A stretch of DNA of 64,000 bases, from positions 96,001-160,000 of the forward strand of contig CAWKHF010000003.1 of the NCBI GenBank assembly GCA_963849325.1, given 5' to 3'. Positions within the stretch are counted from its first letter, which is position 1; every line of letters begins with the position of its first letter. This stretch comes from an uncultured Planctomycetota bacterium. Its GTDB lineage: Bacteria; Planctomycetota; Planctomycetia; Gemmatales; Gemmataceae. Positions 10,773 through 21,678 of the stretch are shown one piece after another. A program made the translations under genes and the position numbers. The notes beneath the pieces are model-generated. The model was given only the letters and a program-made list of their open reading frames with translations. It was not told the DNA's origin and searched no databases.

Positions 10773-11745
10773 TCACGGTTTGCTTTTCTGCAAGTAGTTC
10801 TGCACGGCGATCCACATGGTCCGGTGCGGCCCTTCTTGATCCTGCTTGAAGCCGAGCCGAGCCGCCGCTTCCCGCGCCTCGGTCGTCGCTATCGCGGTCC
10901 ACGAGACGAAAGTGCAAGTACCACAGCCCACCCGCCAACGAGCTGTCTCGGTCATAGACGAACAGAGGCAGATTGTTGGCGTCGCTCACCAATCGGTTGA
11001 ACTGGTCCACGATCTCCTTCGACAGTGTCTGCGGCGACACTTCCAGACTTAGATAGCGCAGCCCGATTTGCTCGAAAGTACGGCGGGCGGCGCTGTCGTC
11101 CTCGCCGGGCGCGCGGACGTGCAGGACCGTGCGATAGCCGTGCGCTTTCAGCCACTTGACGCCATCGGCGAACGGTTCCTGCCCGGCGGCGACGTTCGGC
11201 TTGACCTCGGTGAACTGCGGGATGTCCACCGGCAGCGCGGGGCTGGCGGCGCGGTCATCGCGGGCCGGAGGCGGTTCGTTCGTCTGCGGCGGATACAGTC
11301 GGGCCGACTCCTTCGGCGGGGCGGCATCTTTCGGCGGGGCGGCATCGTTCGGCATCGGCCGCGTCGACTCCGGCTCGACCGGCTCCGGCGGCGCCAGGTA
11401 CACGCCCGGAGCGCCGGACGGAGGAGCGGCAGCGCTCGGCGGCTCCCGGAGAGACATAAGCGTTCTGCTGGATTTCGCCGCCTGGCGCGGGCGATACCGC
11501 AGGGGACGGTCCCGGCGGAGGCGCGGCCACGACCGGCGCGGGGGCGCTGCTACGACGGGCGGTTGGCCGGGATTGAAGCGCGGCGGCATCGGTCCACCGG
11601 GGGAGCAAGAAGCACAGGGCGGAGCCACGGCCGGGCGGGGAGTGGCCAGGTAAGCAGTGCGCGTGCGAGGCGTACCGCAGCAGCCCGACAGCCCCGCCAG
11701 CACGGTCGCACCCATTAGCCAGAACGAGATCCATCGCCGGTTCAT
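10773..11745 (-). CDS. Pro-rich lipoprotein with C-terminal phosphatase-like (PTP/DSP fold) domain; frameshifted
   Basis: Lipobox LSGC, Pro-rich linker, AAGQEP...WLKAHGYRTVLHVR...LPLFVYD; catalytic Cys motif absent. Confidence 0.6.
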
Positions 11746-11902
11746 GACCTGTCCTCCTCTTCGTTCGCCATCCCAATTCTACGGTGGGCGACGGACAGGC
11801 CGGCAGAGCAGCACGACCAGTTTCCTGCGGAAATCCCGTAATCTGGCGTGAACGGTAGCGATTAGAGAGGTTGCAACGATACCGGACAGGACCAAGGGTG
11901 GC

Positions 11903-13079
11903 TCAGGCACGAGAAGGGACGCCGCTCCGCAACGCCGCAACGAGCCGGGTGACATCGGCCTCCGTGTGACCAGCCGTGACGCTGATGCGCAACCGCGCGG
12001 TCCCGTCCGGGACCGACGGCGGCCGAATCGCCGGCACAAGCAAGCCGTCGTTCTCCAGTCGGCGCGATAGGGCCATCGCCTCCCGCGCCGCGCCGACAAT
12101 CAGTGGTACGATGGGGCAGCACGAAGCGCCCACCCTCGCGCCAAGATCGCGCAGCTCCTGGCGCAATCGTTCGGCCAAAGAGAGAACATGCCGGCGGCGT
12201 TGGGGTTCGCTTTGCACCACGGCGACGGCGCGGCGGGCCGCCGCCGCGACCGGCGGTGCCAGCGCCGTCGAGAAGATGTACGGACGGGCGTGATTGACCA
12301 ACCAGTCGATCAGCCTGCGCGAGCCGCACACGAAACCGCCCTGCGCCCCCAGCGCCTTGCTCAATGTGCCGACCTTGATGAGCCGATCCCACGACCACGA
12401 TCCGGACGGCAACAGGTCCGTGACGCCGCGGCCGTGCTCGCCCAGCACGCCGGTCGCGTGCGCCTCGTCGATCACCAACAGACAATCGAATCGCTCCGCC
12501 AGCTCCAGTAGTTCGGCCAGCGGCGCAACATCGCCGTCCATGCTGAAGACGGTATCGCTGACGATCACTCGCCGTCGGACACGCCGGCCGACGCTGCTCA
12601 GAAGTTCGGCCAGATGATCCGTGTCGTTGTGTCGATAGACGTGAATCGATGCCCGCGAGAGGCGGCAGCCGTCGATCAGGCTGGCGTGATTGAGGGCGTC
12701 GCTGAAAACGGCGTCTGGCCGAGCAGCGAGAGAGCTGACGACCGCCAGGTTCGCGGCATAACCGCTACCGAAAACGAGTGCCGCTTCGGCTCCCTCCCAC
12801 TGAGCCAGGGTGCGTTCGAGGGAGCGCAGCGGCGGCAGATGGCCGGATACCAGGGCGGACGCCCCGGAGCCGCAGCCGTAACGCCGGGCGGCGCGGGCGG
12901 CGGCGCGCAGCCAGGCGGACATCGCCGGCCAGACCGAGGTAATCGTTGGAGGAAAAGTTAATCAGCTCGCGGTCGCGGAGGCGGATGCGCGCTCCCTGCC
13001 CGGACTGCAAACGCCGCCGGACGCGGTAAAGCCCGCGGCGACGGCGTTCCTCCAGGTCATCATCCATCCAGGCAAACAT
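11903..13079 (-). CDS. bioF: 8-amino-7-oxononanoate synthase (frameshift ~12925)
   Basis: NFSSNDYLGL, GSGAS, DALNHASLIDG, VFSMDGD, DEAHATG, GTLSKALG, AIRPPSVP. Confidence 0.95.
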
Positions 13080-13093
13080 AAAAAGAAAAACTA

Positions 13094-13224
13094 ACCGCAG
13101 AGAACACAGAGAAGAAAAAGACAAAAAAGAATGGAGAAGATCCCTTTGTTCGCGGTTCAGGAGAGTGTTGATCCCCGTTGTTCTTCTCTTCTTTTTTCTC
13201 TGTGTTCTCTGTGTTCTCTGCGGT
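13094..13224. repeat. 9-mer tandem-repeat hairpin element between bioB and bioF
   Basis: accgcagagaacacagagaa ... ttctctgtgttctctgtgttctctgcggt inverted arms. Confidence 0.85.
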
Positions 13225-13232
13225 GAAAAAGT

Positions 13233-14303
13233 CTACGAGAGTACGGGCAGCTCCCAGGTTGAGGCCGTGCGCGGTGGGAGCGGCGCGATGTCGGGATCGG
13301 CGTCGCCGACGCGGTCGTCGTGCCAGGTCAGCTCCAGGTCCTCGATCATCTGCAAATCGTCCTCGTTCGGTCGGCCGGCCGTGGCCAGGTAATTGCCGAT
13401 CAGGCCGCTCGTGCCGCCGACGTAGAAGATCCAGCTTTGCAGATCGCGCAGGTTCTTCTCACGGCCGCCGGCGATCTTCAAGTCCTGACGCGGCAGGATC
13501 AGACGCATGACGGCGATGATTTTGAGGATCTCCAAGGGCCGCAATCGCGGTGCATTCTCCAGCGGCGTGCCGGGGATGGGGAAGAGGAAATTCAGCGGCA
13601 CCACGTTGGGGTTGAGTTCCTTCAAGCTGAAGGCCAGGCTGACGCGGTCGTCGATGGATTCGCCCATGCCGAAGATGCAGCCGCAGCACGTCTCCAGACC
13701 GACGCGCTGGGCCAGCCGCACCGTCTCGACGCGCTCCTGCCAGGTGTGCGTCGTGACGATCTGCGGGTAAAACTCGCGCGACGTTTCCAGGTTGTGATTG
13801 ATGCGGCGGACGCCGGCGTCCTTGAGATCGCGGGCCTGCTCCTCGCTGAGCGTGCCGAGCGTGGCGCAGTGACAGATGCCGTCCACTTCCTTCATGGCCC
13901 GCACCGCTTCCATGATCTTCGGCCATTCGCGCTTGGTCGGACCTCGGCCGCTGTTGACGATGCCGAAGGCGCTGGCGCCGCGGTCGCGGGCGTCGGTACA
14001 CGCCTTCGCCACTTCCTCGCCGTCCATCATCGGATGGGCCGCGATGCCGGTGTCGAAGTGTCCGCTCTGGCGCAGAACTTGCAGTCCTCGCTGCAATTGC
14101 CGAACTTCGTCGGCAGGATGCTGCAAAAGGTCACGCGGTTGCCGTGGAAATGACGGCGGACCTTGTGAGCGGCGTAGAACAGGTCGTAAAGCTCCTCGCC
14201 TTCCAGGGCGAAGAGTTGGCGGGCTTCCGTCGCGCGTCAGATCGCCGCCGTCGATGATGCGACGGCTCAGCGACAGCAGGTCGGGCAGGTCGGCGGACGA
14301 CAT
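13233..14303 (-). CDS. bioB: Biotin synthase, radical SAM (frameshifts in 5' part)
   Basis: CSEDCKFC recoverable in the shifted frame, INHNLETS, CCGCIFGMGES, VPLNFLFPIPGTP, GNYLATAG; adjacent to bioF. Confidence 0.95.
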   Translation of the reverse strand: MSSADLPDLLSLSRRIIDGGDLTRDGSPPTLRPGRRGALRPVLRRSQGPPSFPRQPRDLLQHPADEVRQLQRGLQVLRQSGHFDTGIAAHPMMDGEEVAKACTDARDRGASAFGIVNSGRGPTKREWPKIMEAVRAMKEVDGICHCATLGTLSEEQARDLKDAGVRRINHNLETSREFYPQIVTTHTWQERVETVRLAQRVGLETCCGCIFGMGESIDDRVSLAFSLKELNPNVVPLNFLFPIPGTPLENAPRLRPLEILKIIAVMRLILPRQDLKIAGGREKNLRDLQSWIFYVGGTSGLIGNYLATAGRPNEDDLQMIEDLELTWHDDRVGDADPDIAPLPPRTASTWELPVLS

Positions 14304-14335
14304 GAAGCTTCTCCTGGGAGGACCAGAACGCCGCC

Positions 14336-14533
14336 TCAAGCCTTGCGGCTGGGCATACAGACGATCGACAGGACGATCAGGGCGTAGAGAATGGTCACGA
14401 CATAGGGCACCGCGGAAGTAGACTTTTCCGCCTTCTCTCCCTCGGCGGCGGGAGCCTGGGCATGCACGGCGGGGACCGCGAAGGCGAGGAGGAGGACCAG
14501 GGGGGTGAAGAAGCGGAGCCAGTGTCGCAGCAT
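14336..14533 (-). CDS. Small membrane protein
   Basis: Signal peptide plus one TM segment ending VCMPSRKA; fits operon spacing. Confidence 0.6.
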   Translation of the reverse strand: MLRHWLRFFTPLVLLLAFAVPAVHAQAPAAEGEKAEKSTSAVPYVVTILYALIVLSIVCMPSRKA

Positions 14534-14545
14534 GATGTCGGACCT

Positions 14546-15260
14546 CTAGCCGGCGCGTCGGTGCATGAGTCGGCCTCCCCAGGCCAACAGCGAAAGGCGC
14601 GCGGGTTTGACGGGCGGAGGGGGTGCGGGCGGGGACGGCGGGAGCAACCTCGGGAGGCGCCGGCTCGGCGGCGATTTCGAGCTGTCGCTGGCGTCGGCGC
14701 TCCAGCAGAAACTGCACCAGGATGCCGGTGACGATTAACGACGCGCAGCCCCAGTTCAGCAGCGGGCCGTTCCGCTGCGTCCAGGCAACACTGTCGAGTC
14801 GGCCCAGTCGGTCGAGCAAGGCCAGGCCGCTGTACGCCATGAGCAGCGAACCGACCAGGCTGGCGAAGGTGGTGATCCAGAAACGGTACAGCAGCACGCC
14901 GGCCAAGCCGCCAATGAGAAAGACGGCGATCGGCTCATCCCAGCCCGGCGCGATGGCCTGCGTCAAACCCAGCGCCGCCACACCGCCGGCCGCGAAGAGC
15001 AAGATCCGCACCAGGGACAGGGCCAACGCTCCCGCCGAGATCGCCAGCAGCAGGCCGGCCACCAACGGCTGCATGCCGTACTGCTTGCCGTGGGCCAGGC
15101 CGAGCAATCCCGCCGCCAACGTCACGCTCATCGCCAGCCAAAAGCGATGCGTTCGGCCGCCGAGCATCCACAGGAGAACTCCGATCGCCAGCCCGGTGCC
15201 GCTGATGAAAGGCGAAAGGAAGCGCGCCTCCTCCAGAATGTCCGGCGCCAGCAACTGCAT
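14546..15260 (-). CDS. Multi-pass membrane protein (DUF4203-like)
   Basis: About seven hydrophobic segments from MQLLAPDILEEA; 3' end uncertain (probable frameshift). Confidence 0.6.
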
Positions 15261-15662
15261 GCGGCAAGCTCCCTCGAAGCGTCGGCCCCTCGCGGACCCG
15301 TGGATGTCGCCTTTCTGCCTCAATGGAGGGAAGTTAACGAGGGCGGGAAACCCTGTCAAGGTGGCTCGCGTTCGCGGGTGCATCGCTAGAAGGGCGAGGC
15401 GAGCGGTTTTTCCGAGCCGCGAGCATCAGCGCGCGGCCCATTCCCGCTCGCGGCTCGGAAATCGGAGGTACATCATTTGCAAGGAAAAGATTCGACGATG
15501 TGCTTGCGGTTGAGTTTCCGGCATTCCATACTAAACAGGGTTCCCTTTCGCCATCTCCGTTGGCGGGGGCCGACGCGGAGAGGTGAGAAACGCCCTGCCG
15601 GTTCGATGGAAGGACACTTCCGGTCGCTCCGTGGCCCAGAGTTTCCCCGAAGGAGGGGCGTC

Positions 15663-16379
15663 ATGGGGAGTAACGAGGAGACCTCGAGTCATTCACCGCC
15701 GCCCTTGCCGGAGATGATCGTCCGCACTCTGCGGCACGAGGTTGGCGACCTGCTGCAATCGGTTTATTCGGCAGTGGCCATTCTTCAGGAGCGACTGCCA
15801 CGGGAACCGATGTTGGAACGAACGATCCTGACGGACCTCCGTAGCCGGGCCGAGTCGTGCAAGCATGAACTCGATGCCGCCCACGATCTGATCTGCCCGC
15901 TCGCTCTGAACCTGGACTGGGTCGATCTGGGCGAAGTGTCGGGCAATCTGGCCACGTCCTTTTCCACACGCTATCCCAAGCTGGGCATCGTGTGTGAAGT
16001 GCCGCGGCCGCTTCTGGTTTGGGGAGACACGCAGCGGCTCGTCCAGGTAGGGACCCTCCTGATGCTGTCCTTTTGCCCGACGGCGCGGAGCAAGGTGTCG
16101 ATTGGCGCATTCACGGGCGGGGAAAACGTGGAATGGCGTTTCGCTCATGACGGGCCGGCGGCCAACGACGATCAGCTGAGCTGGCTCGCCGCTCCATTCA
16201 GTACGACCCGGCACGCCCGCTTCGGGCTTGCCCTGTCCTTCGCGCGCCGCGTCACGGAGTTGCATGGCGGGAGTGTCCGGGCCGGCACGAACGCGGAAGG
16301 GGGCTTCCAAATGGGTCTCGTCTTGCCGTCCGCTCCGTCCGGAAAGGACGGAGGACCGGCCGGGGCCGGGAGTTGGTGA
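15663..16379 (+). CDS. Sensor-less histidine kinase-like protein
   Basis: H-box LRHEVGDLL, WGDTQRLVQV, PFSTT..FGLALSFARRVTELHGG. Confidence 0.8.
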   Translation: MGSNEETSSHSPPPLPEMIVRTLRHEVGDLLQSVYSAVAILQERLPREPMLERTILTDLRSRAESCKHELDAAHDLICPLALNLDWVDLGEVSGNLATSFSTRYPKLGIVCEVPRPLLVWGDTQRLVQVGTLLMLSFCPTARSKVSIGAFTGGENVEWRFAHDGPAANDDQLSWLAAPFSTTRHARFGLALSFARRVTELHGGSVRAGTNAEGGFQMGLVLPSAPSGKDGGPAGAGSW

Positions 16380-16531
16380 AACCGCAGCGATTCTCCGTCC
16401 TCCCGGTTCGAGGAGGATGCGGAAGAATCCGTGCTTGTGCTGGCGTTCGACACGGCACCTGTTAAGCTGGAAGGGCAAAGGAACCAAGCCGTCGGCGGTT
16501 CGTTTCCCTGTAGTCCTTCAGAGTGTCCTTG

Positions 16532-16620
16532 GAGGCACGAACCGAATGTGGCGGCACGTTTGTAACGTGACGTACAATCCAACACGTTGAAAACGTGTTG
16601 CCACATTTTGTTAGGGTCTC
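16532..16620. mobile_element. 89-bp MITE-like element, copy 1
   Basis: GAGGCACGAACCGAAT...ATTTTGTTAGGGTCTC ends, internal palindrome, flanked by TTG/TTG; near-identical inverted copy at 54717-54805. Confidence 0.8.
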
Positions 16621-16721
16621 TTGGCGTACCGGCATCTGAATTGCCCTTCCTCAGCGCGGCGGGCCAGATGCACAACGGTTGTGTGACAAAGCCCGCTTCA
16701 GATTGTGAGGAGGTTGGCGTC

Positions 16722-17324
16722 ATGGAGCAGTCGGCATCCATGTTGGCGCCCTTGAAGATCGTGGTGGTCGAGGACGACGCCACCGTCCGCCTATTCTTGA
16801 AGGAGACCCTGGAGAAGCTGGGCCACGAGGTCATCGGCGAGGCCGCTACCGGCACGGACATGGTGCGAACCGTGCTGGAGATGGAACCGGATGTGGTGGT
16901 CTTCGACATCCATCTGCCGCGGCTCAACGGCCTGGACGCCCTGCGACAGATCTATCAGGAGCGCGTCGTCGCCGCCGTGGCGATCACGGCCGACCGCGAC
17001 CAGGAGCTAGTTCGCCGCGCTCTAGAAGAGCACGTACTGGCCTACCTGGTCAAGCCGGTCGAGGAACACCAGCTGGGGCCGGCCCTCATGATCGCCCAGG
17101 CCCAGTTCGCGGAGTTGCGCGAACTGAGTCAGGAGAACGCCTCGCTGCGGCAGGCGTTGCAGAACCGCAAAGTCATCGAGCGAGCCAAGGGCGTCCTCAT
17201 GAAACGCTACCGCTGGACGGAGGCGGAGGCCTTCCGCCGCCTCCAGCGCGGCGCCATGAATCGTCGCACTACCATGGTCGAACTGGCCCAGAACGTCCTC
17301 AACGGTATTGAGGTGAATCTTTGA
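16722..17324 (+). CDS. REC-ANTAR response regulator (AmiR/NasT/PdtaR type)
   Basis: VVVEDD, FDIHLP, AYLVKP; ANTAR motif RKVIERAKGVLMKRYRWTEAEAFRRLQRGAMNRR. Confidence 0.95.
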   Translation: MEQSASMLAPLKIVVVEDDATVRLFLKETLEKLGHEVIGEAATGTDMVRTVLEMEPDVVVFDIHLPRLNGLDALRQIYQERVVAAVAITADRDQELVRRALEEHVLAYLVKPVEEHQLGPALMIAQAQFAELRELSQENASLRQALQNRKVIERAKGVLMKRYRWTEAEAFRRLQRGAMNRRTTMVELAQNVLNGIEVNL

Positions 17325-17337
17325 GAACGAGGCGGTG

Positions 17338-19312
17338 TTAGCGCTTGTCCCAGGTGATGGTGATGCGCGTCACGGGTTCCTCGACCCACAGGCGGACGAA
17401 GGGGATGGAGTCGGAGGGCAGTTCGGCGCGTTCGAGGCGAACGCTTTCGAGGTGGACACGGCTGGGAGCGACCCTCATGCCGGCCTGGTAATGGAGGCTG
17501 AGCATGACTTGACCCTTGCGCGTATCGGCATCGCCGCGCGACGGCACGACGTCGGCCAAGACGATGCGTTGGGAGTCGGCGCCGAGCCAGCGGGCCGAAC
17601 CGACGAGAGCGAAAGCGTGCGTGCGACGGAGCGCGAAGAGACAACCGGGCGGCTCCCCTGTGCGGCACGGGGGTAGTGTCGCCGTCCATTCGGCCTTGCT
17701 CCACTGCCGAAAGCGCTCGCGCGTTGCGGGCGACCAGCACACGACCCAGCCGATGTTGTAGCGCTCGCAGTAAACGCCCAGCTCGATCCTCCTTCCACTC
17801 CGCCAACGGCCGGCCCAGCAACACCTGGTCGGTCAGGCCGTTGGCGGTGTGCTCGATGCCGGCCTCCGGGTCCAGTCCACCGACGTAAGCCCGTTCCGTC
17901 AACAGCGGCAACAAGGCCGTCCAGTGAGCGTCCGAGGGCGTGCCGCGCCGGTCCTCCCACAAGATGCGCGCATCCGGCGTGGTGTGGGAACGCAGGATCT
18001 CCAGCAGCGCTTGCTGGTTTTCGTCGAGGCCCAACTGCAAGGGTGGAGTGCCGAGCAGTCGCGTTGCCCACTCCGCCAGCGCCGGCGGAGGGGATAATCC
18101 CAAGAGGACGGCAACCAGGGCGCCTGCGGCGAGACCGGCCCAGCGCGTACCGCGCCAACGACCGATCAGGCGGACGGCCGTGCTCAACGCATGCCCCGCC
18201 GGCAAGGCTGCGAACAGCAAGGCGGGGACGAGCAGATGATGGGCGCCCCATCGCCCCAGTGGTTCCCACGTCAGGCCGATGACGGACAGCAGCAGAAAAC
18301 TGCCCCAGGCCAGGCCGAGAAGACGGGCCGTCGCCCGCTGGCTGGTTTCGTTGTACAACAGCACGCCCGCCGCCGCCGCCGCCGCCAGGGCGCAGGCCAG
18401 CGCCTTGTCGATCGGCCCGCCCCACAACGGCGCCTCCCAGACCGAACGCAGCGTGTGGTGCGCCAGCAAAGGCGCATCGAGGTGCGTCGGCACGCGAATC
18501 CACCAGTAGCCGACCCAGTCGATCAGCCAAAAACCGTTGACGGCGATGGCGGCCAGCAAGCCGCTCAGCAGCGCCAGGTGCCAGGCCAGCCGGTGCCGCG
18601 TGCCGACACTGAGGTAGTAGACAAGGAACAAGGGCAGCAGCAGGACAAGCAAAAGCGGGTGAGCAAACCAACCGAGCAGGGCGGCAGCGACGACGCCCAG
18701 CCAGCTGAGCAGTCCGGGATCGTTGTGATAGCGGATCAGCAGCCCCGCCTGGGCCAGCACCAGCAAGGTGGCCAGCAACAAATCGACCTCACCCGACTCC
18801 AGGGCGTCGCGGCAAGGCTGGCCCCACCAGACGAGCAAGCCCAGCGCGCAGGCCAGGCACGCCGCCGCCCGACCCAGGCCGACGCTCCGCGCCGCCGCGA
18901 ACAAGAGCAGCGGAGCAAGGATACACACCAGGGCGACGCCAACCTTGTAGGCGGCGGGATAGTAACGGCCTCCGGCCACGGCCAGGATCAACTCGGCCGG
19001 CCGACTGCCGCTATCGAAGATCGGCGTCTTGGGATAGCCGGCGTGAAAGGTCGGATCGTAGCAGGACAGGTTGCCGTGCTCGTGCAAGGCCCGTGCGCCG
19101 AGGTAGCCGTGATACAGATGCAGCGGGTGCCGGCCGGACAGAATGGGGCGGTCGTCCAGCAAGCTCTCCCAGGGTCTTTCGCCGCCGAATAGGCGGAGCG
19201 TCATCCAGACCTGCCAGGCCAGTAAGGCCAGCAGAAGCAGCACCCAGGCCGGATGATCGCCAGCGCGCGTCCGAGGAGGATCGTCATTCCGTGACGGTAC
19301 AGGTCTTCCCAT
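17338..19312 (-). CDS. Multi-pass membrane protein, possibly GT-C fold (frameshift ~17780)
   Basis: Many TM segments; YDPTFHAGYPKTP loop; soluble C-terminal domain. Confidence 0.6.
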
Positions 19313-19425
19313 GAAGGGCGCATGGTAACGGCGGTGCGCCACGGCGACAAGGCGGGTTCCGGTCGCTTGCGGCTTGGCGGTGCGCGCTCAGTCGCACGCG
19401 GCTGCGAGGTGGCCGAACGCTCTTC

Positions 19426-19453
19426 TTGACAGCCTACCCCCCCCTGTTAGAAT
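19426..19453 (+). promoter_or_regulatory. sigma70-type promoter of the mcsA-mcsA-mcsB operon
   Basis: TTGACA-16 nt (includes a C homopolymer)-TAGAAT with extended -10 TG. Confidence 0.7.
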
Positions 19454-19529
19454 GGCGCTAGGTTGACACCCAAGCCGGCCGCTCCTGGTGGCATTTCCTC
19501 TGGCCGCGTGTCCGGAGGCGGATCGAAAC

Positions 19530-20012
19530 ATGAAATGTCAGAAATGTCACAACGCCGCCACCTTGCACATCACCGAGGTCCTCGGCGAAGATCAGATCGA
19601 AGAACTGCACCTGTGCGAGAGTTGCGCCCACAAGCACCTGTACGAGCCGCAGCAGAAAGCCAGCGGCGGCAAGGCGGCGGCGTCCGGCTCGGGCGAGGAC
19701 GTCGAGGAGCCGGCCGTGCTCAATCGCCAGTGCGAGGTGTGCGGCATCAAGTTCGTCGACTTCCGCAACACCGGCCGGCTCGGCTGTCCGCACGATTACC
19801 AGGAATTTCGCGAGGAGCTAACTCCTCTTTTGGAGAACATCCACGGCGAGACGCGCCACTGCGGCAAGACGCCCCGCCGCCTGCCCCAGAGCAAGCAGAC
19901 GCAGTCGGAGTTGATCCAGCTGCGCAAGCAGTTGCTCCAGGCGGTCAACAAGGAAGCCTACGAGGAGGCCGCCCGACTCCGCGACCGCATCCGCCAGCTG
20001 GAAGAGAGCTGA
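19530..20012 (+). CDS. mcsA: McsA-like protein (UvrB/UvrC motif), paralogue 1
   Basis: CQKC, LCESCA, CEVCG, GRLGCPHDY, HCGKTP, EAYEEAARLRDRI. Confidence 0.9.
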   Translation: MKCQKCHNAATLHITEVLGEDQIEELHLCESCAHKHLYEPQQKASGGKAAASGSGEDVEEPAVLNRQCEVCGIKFVDFRNTGRLGCPHDYQEFREELTPLLENIHGETRHCGKTPRRLPQSKQTQSELIQLRKQLLQAVNKEAYEEAARLRDRIRQLEES

Positions 20013-20053
20013 ACCGCAACCGGCCGCTTGCGGCTTAGCGGAAGGAACCCAAC

Positions 20054-20541
20054 GTGAAGTGTCAGTTCTGTTCCAACCCGGCCACGGTGCATCTGACCGA
20101 CATCGTCGAACTGCAGAAGAAGGAGATGCACCTGTGCCAGAGCTGCGCCGAGCAGCATCAGCTGGTCCAGCAAGCAGGAGCTGAACCTGCCGGCCATCCT
20201 GCAGAACCTGATCGGCCAGCACCTCGGCCGCAGACCGACGAACTGTCCCGATTGACCTGTCCGGCGTGCGGCATAAAGTATATGGAGTTCCGCGCCGGGG
20301 CCGGCTCGGCTGCCCGCACGATTACGAGGTCTTCCGCGGCGGACTGGCCCCGCTGTTGCAGCGGATTCATCGCTCGGATCGGCACGTCGGCAAGACGCCG
20401 CACCGTTCCGTCCTTGCCCCGGAGCAGCAGGCGGAGCTGGTGGAGCTGCGCCGCCGCTTGCAGTCGGCCGTCGAGCCGAAGCGTACGAAGAGGCCGCCCG
20501 TTTACGAGACCTGCTCCGACGAAGAAGGAAGCCACGGATGA
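20054..20541 (+). CDS. mcsA: McsA-like protein, paralogue 2 (several frameshifts)
   Basis: CQFC, LCQSCA, CPACG, GRLGCPHDY, HVGKTP across frames. Confidence 0.85.
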
Positions 20542-21606
20542 ATCTGGATAGCCTGACTCATACCAGTGGCGAATGGCTGCGCGGCAGCGGGCCGGAGTCC
20601 GACATCGTCATCTCCAGCCGCATTCGCCTGGCCCGCAACCTGGCCGCTTTCCCCTTCACCAACCGCGCCAGCAGCGGACCAGAAGGCCGAGATCGAAGCG
20701 ATCCTGCGCGACCGCATCGCCAAGCTCGACTTCGAACCCAGGCTCGGCTACGTCAACGTCCCCACCCTGTCGACGCTGGACCGCCAGTTCCTGGTCGAGC
20801 GCCAGCTCATCAGCCGCGAGCTGGCCGCCGCCGACGGGCCGCGCGGCGTCGCCCTGGGGCCGCAGGAGACCGTCAGCCTGATGGTCAACGAGGAGGACCA
20901 CCTGCGCCTGCAGGTCATGCGCAGCGGCTTCACCCTCGACGAGGCCTGGCAGGAGATCGACCGCGTGGACGACCTGCTCGAGCAGCGCGTCACCTACGCC
21001 TTCAGCGAGGAGTTCGGCTACCTGACCGCCTGCCCGACCAACGTCGGCACCGGCATGCGCGCCAGCGTCATGCTGCACCTGCCGGCCCTGGAGCACACCA
21101 AGCAGATCGAGAAGGTCTTCCGCGCCTTGCAGAAGATCAACCTGGCGGTGCGCGGCCTGTACGGCGAGGGCAGCCGGGCGTCCGGCCACTTCTACCAGAT
21201 CTCCAACCAGGTGACGCTCGGCAAGAGCGAGACCGGCATCCTCAACGAGATCCACGGCGTCATTCCGCAGATCATCACCTACGAGCGCCAGGCGCGCACG
21301 AGCTGGCTGCGCGACAACCGCCAGGGCTTGCAGGACAAGATCTCGCGCGCCTACGGCACGCTCTGCTCGGCCACGATGATGACCTCGGAAGAGACGATGG
21401 AACTGCTCTCCTACGTCCGCCTGGGCATCAACCTGCGCCTGGTCGACGACATCACCATCCCGACGGTCAACGAGCTGTTCATCCACACGCAGCCGGCCCA
21501 CCTGCAAAAGCTGATGGGCACGTCGCTGGACGGCGAGGAGCGCAACGCCGCCCGCGCGCGCTATCTCCGCACGCGGCTCCGCGAGGCCGGGGCGCATCCG
21601 AATTAG
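20538..21606 (+). CDS. mcsB: Protein arginine kinase (frameshift ~20675)
   Basis: SSRIRLARNL, LVERQLISRE, MVNEEDHLR, GYLTACPTNVGTGMRAS, YQISNQVTLG. Confidence 0.95.
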
Positions 21607-21678
21607 CCCCGGCTGTTTGCGGTTTCGCGCCGCCATTGCCGAAATCCATCGCCGCGCGGCCCCTCTCTTGAGGTTCCT

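Noticed and set aside
11311-11351. Short direct repeat ttcggcggggcggcatc
   Set aside because: Coding duplication (DAAPPK twice) in a Pro-rich linker
13233-15383. 716-aa membrane protein-BioB fusion in the ORF track
   Set aside because: Artefact of frameshifts joining three separate genes, each with its own start
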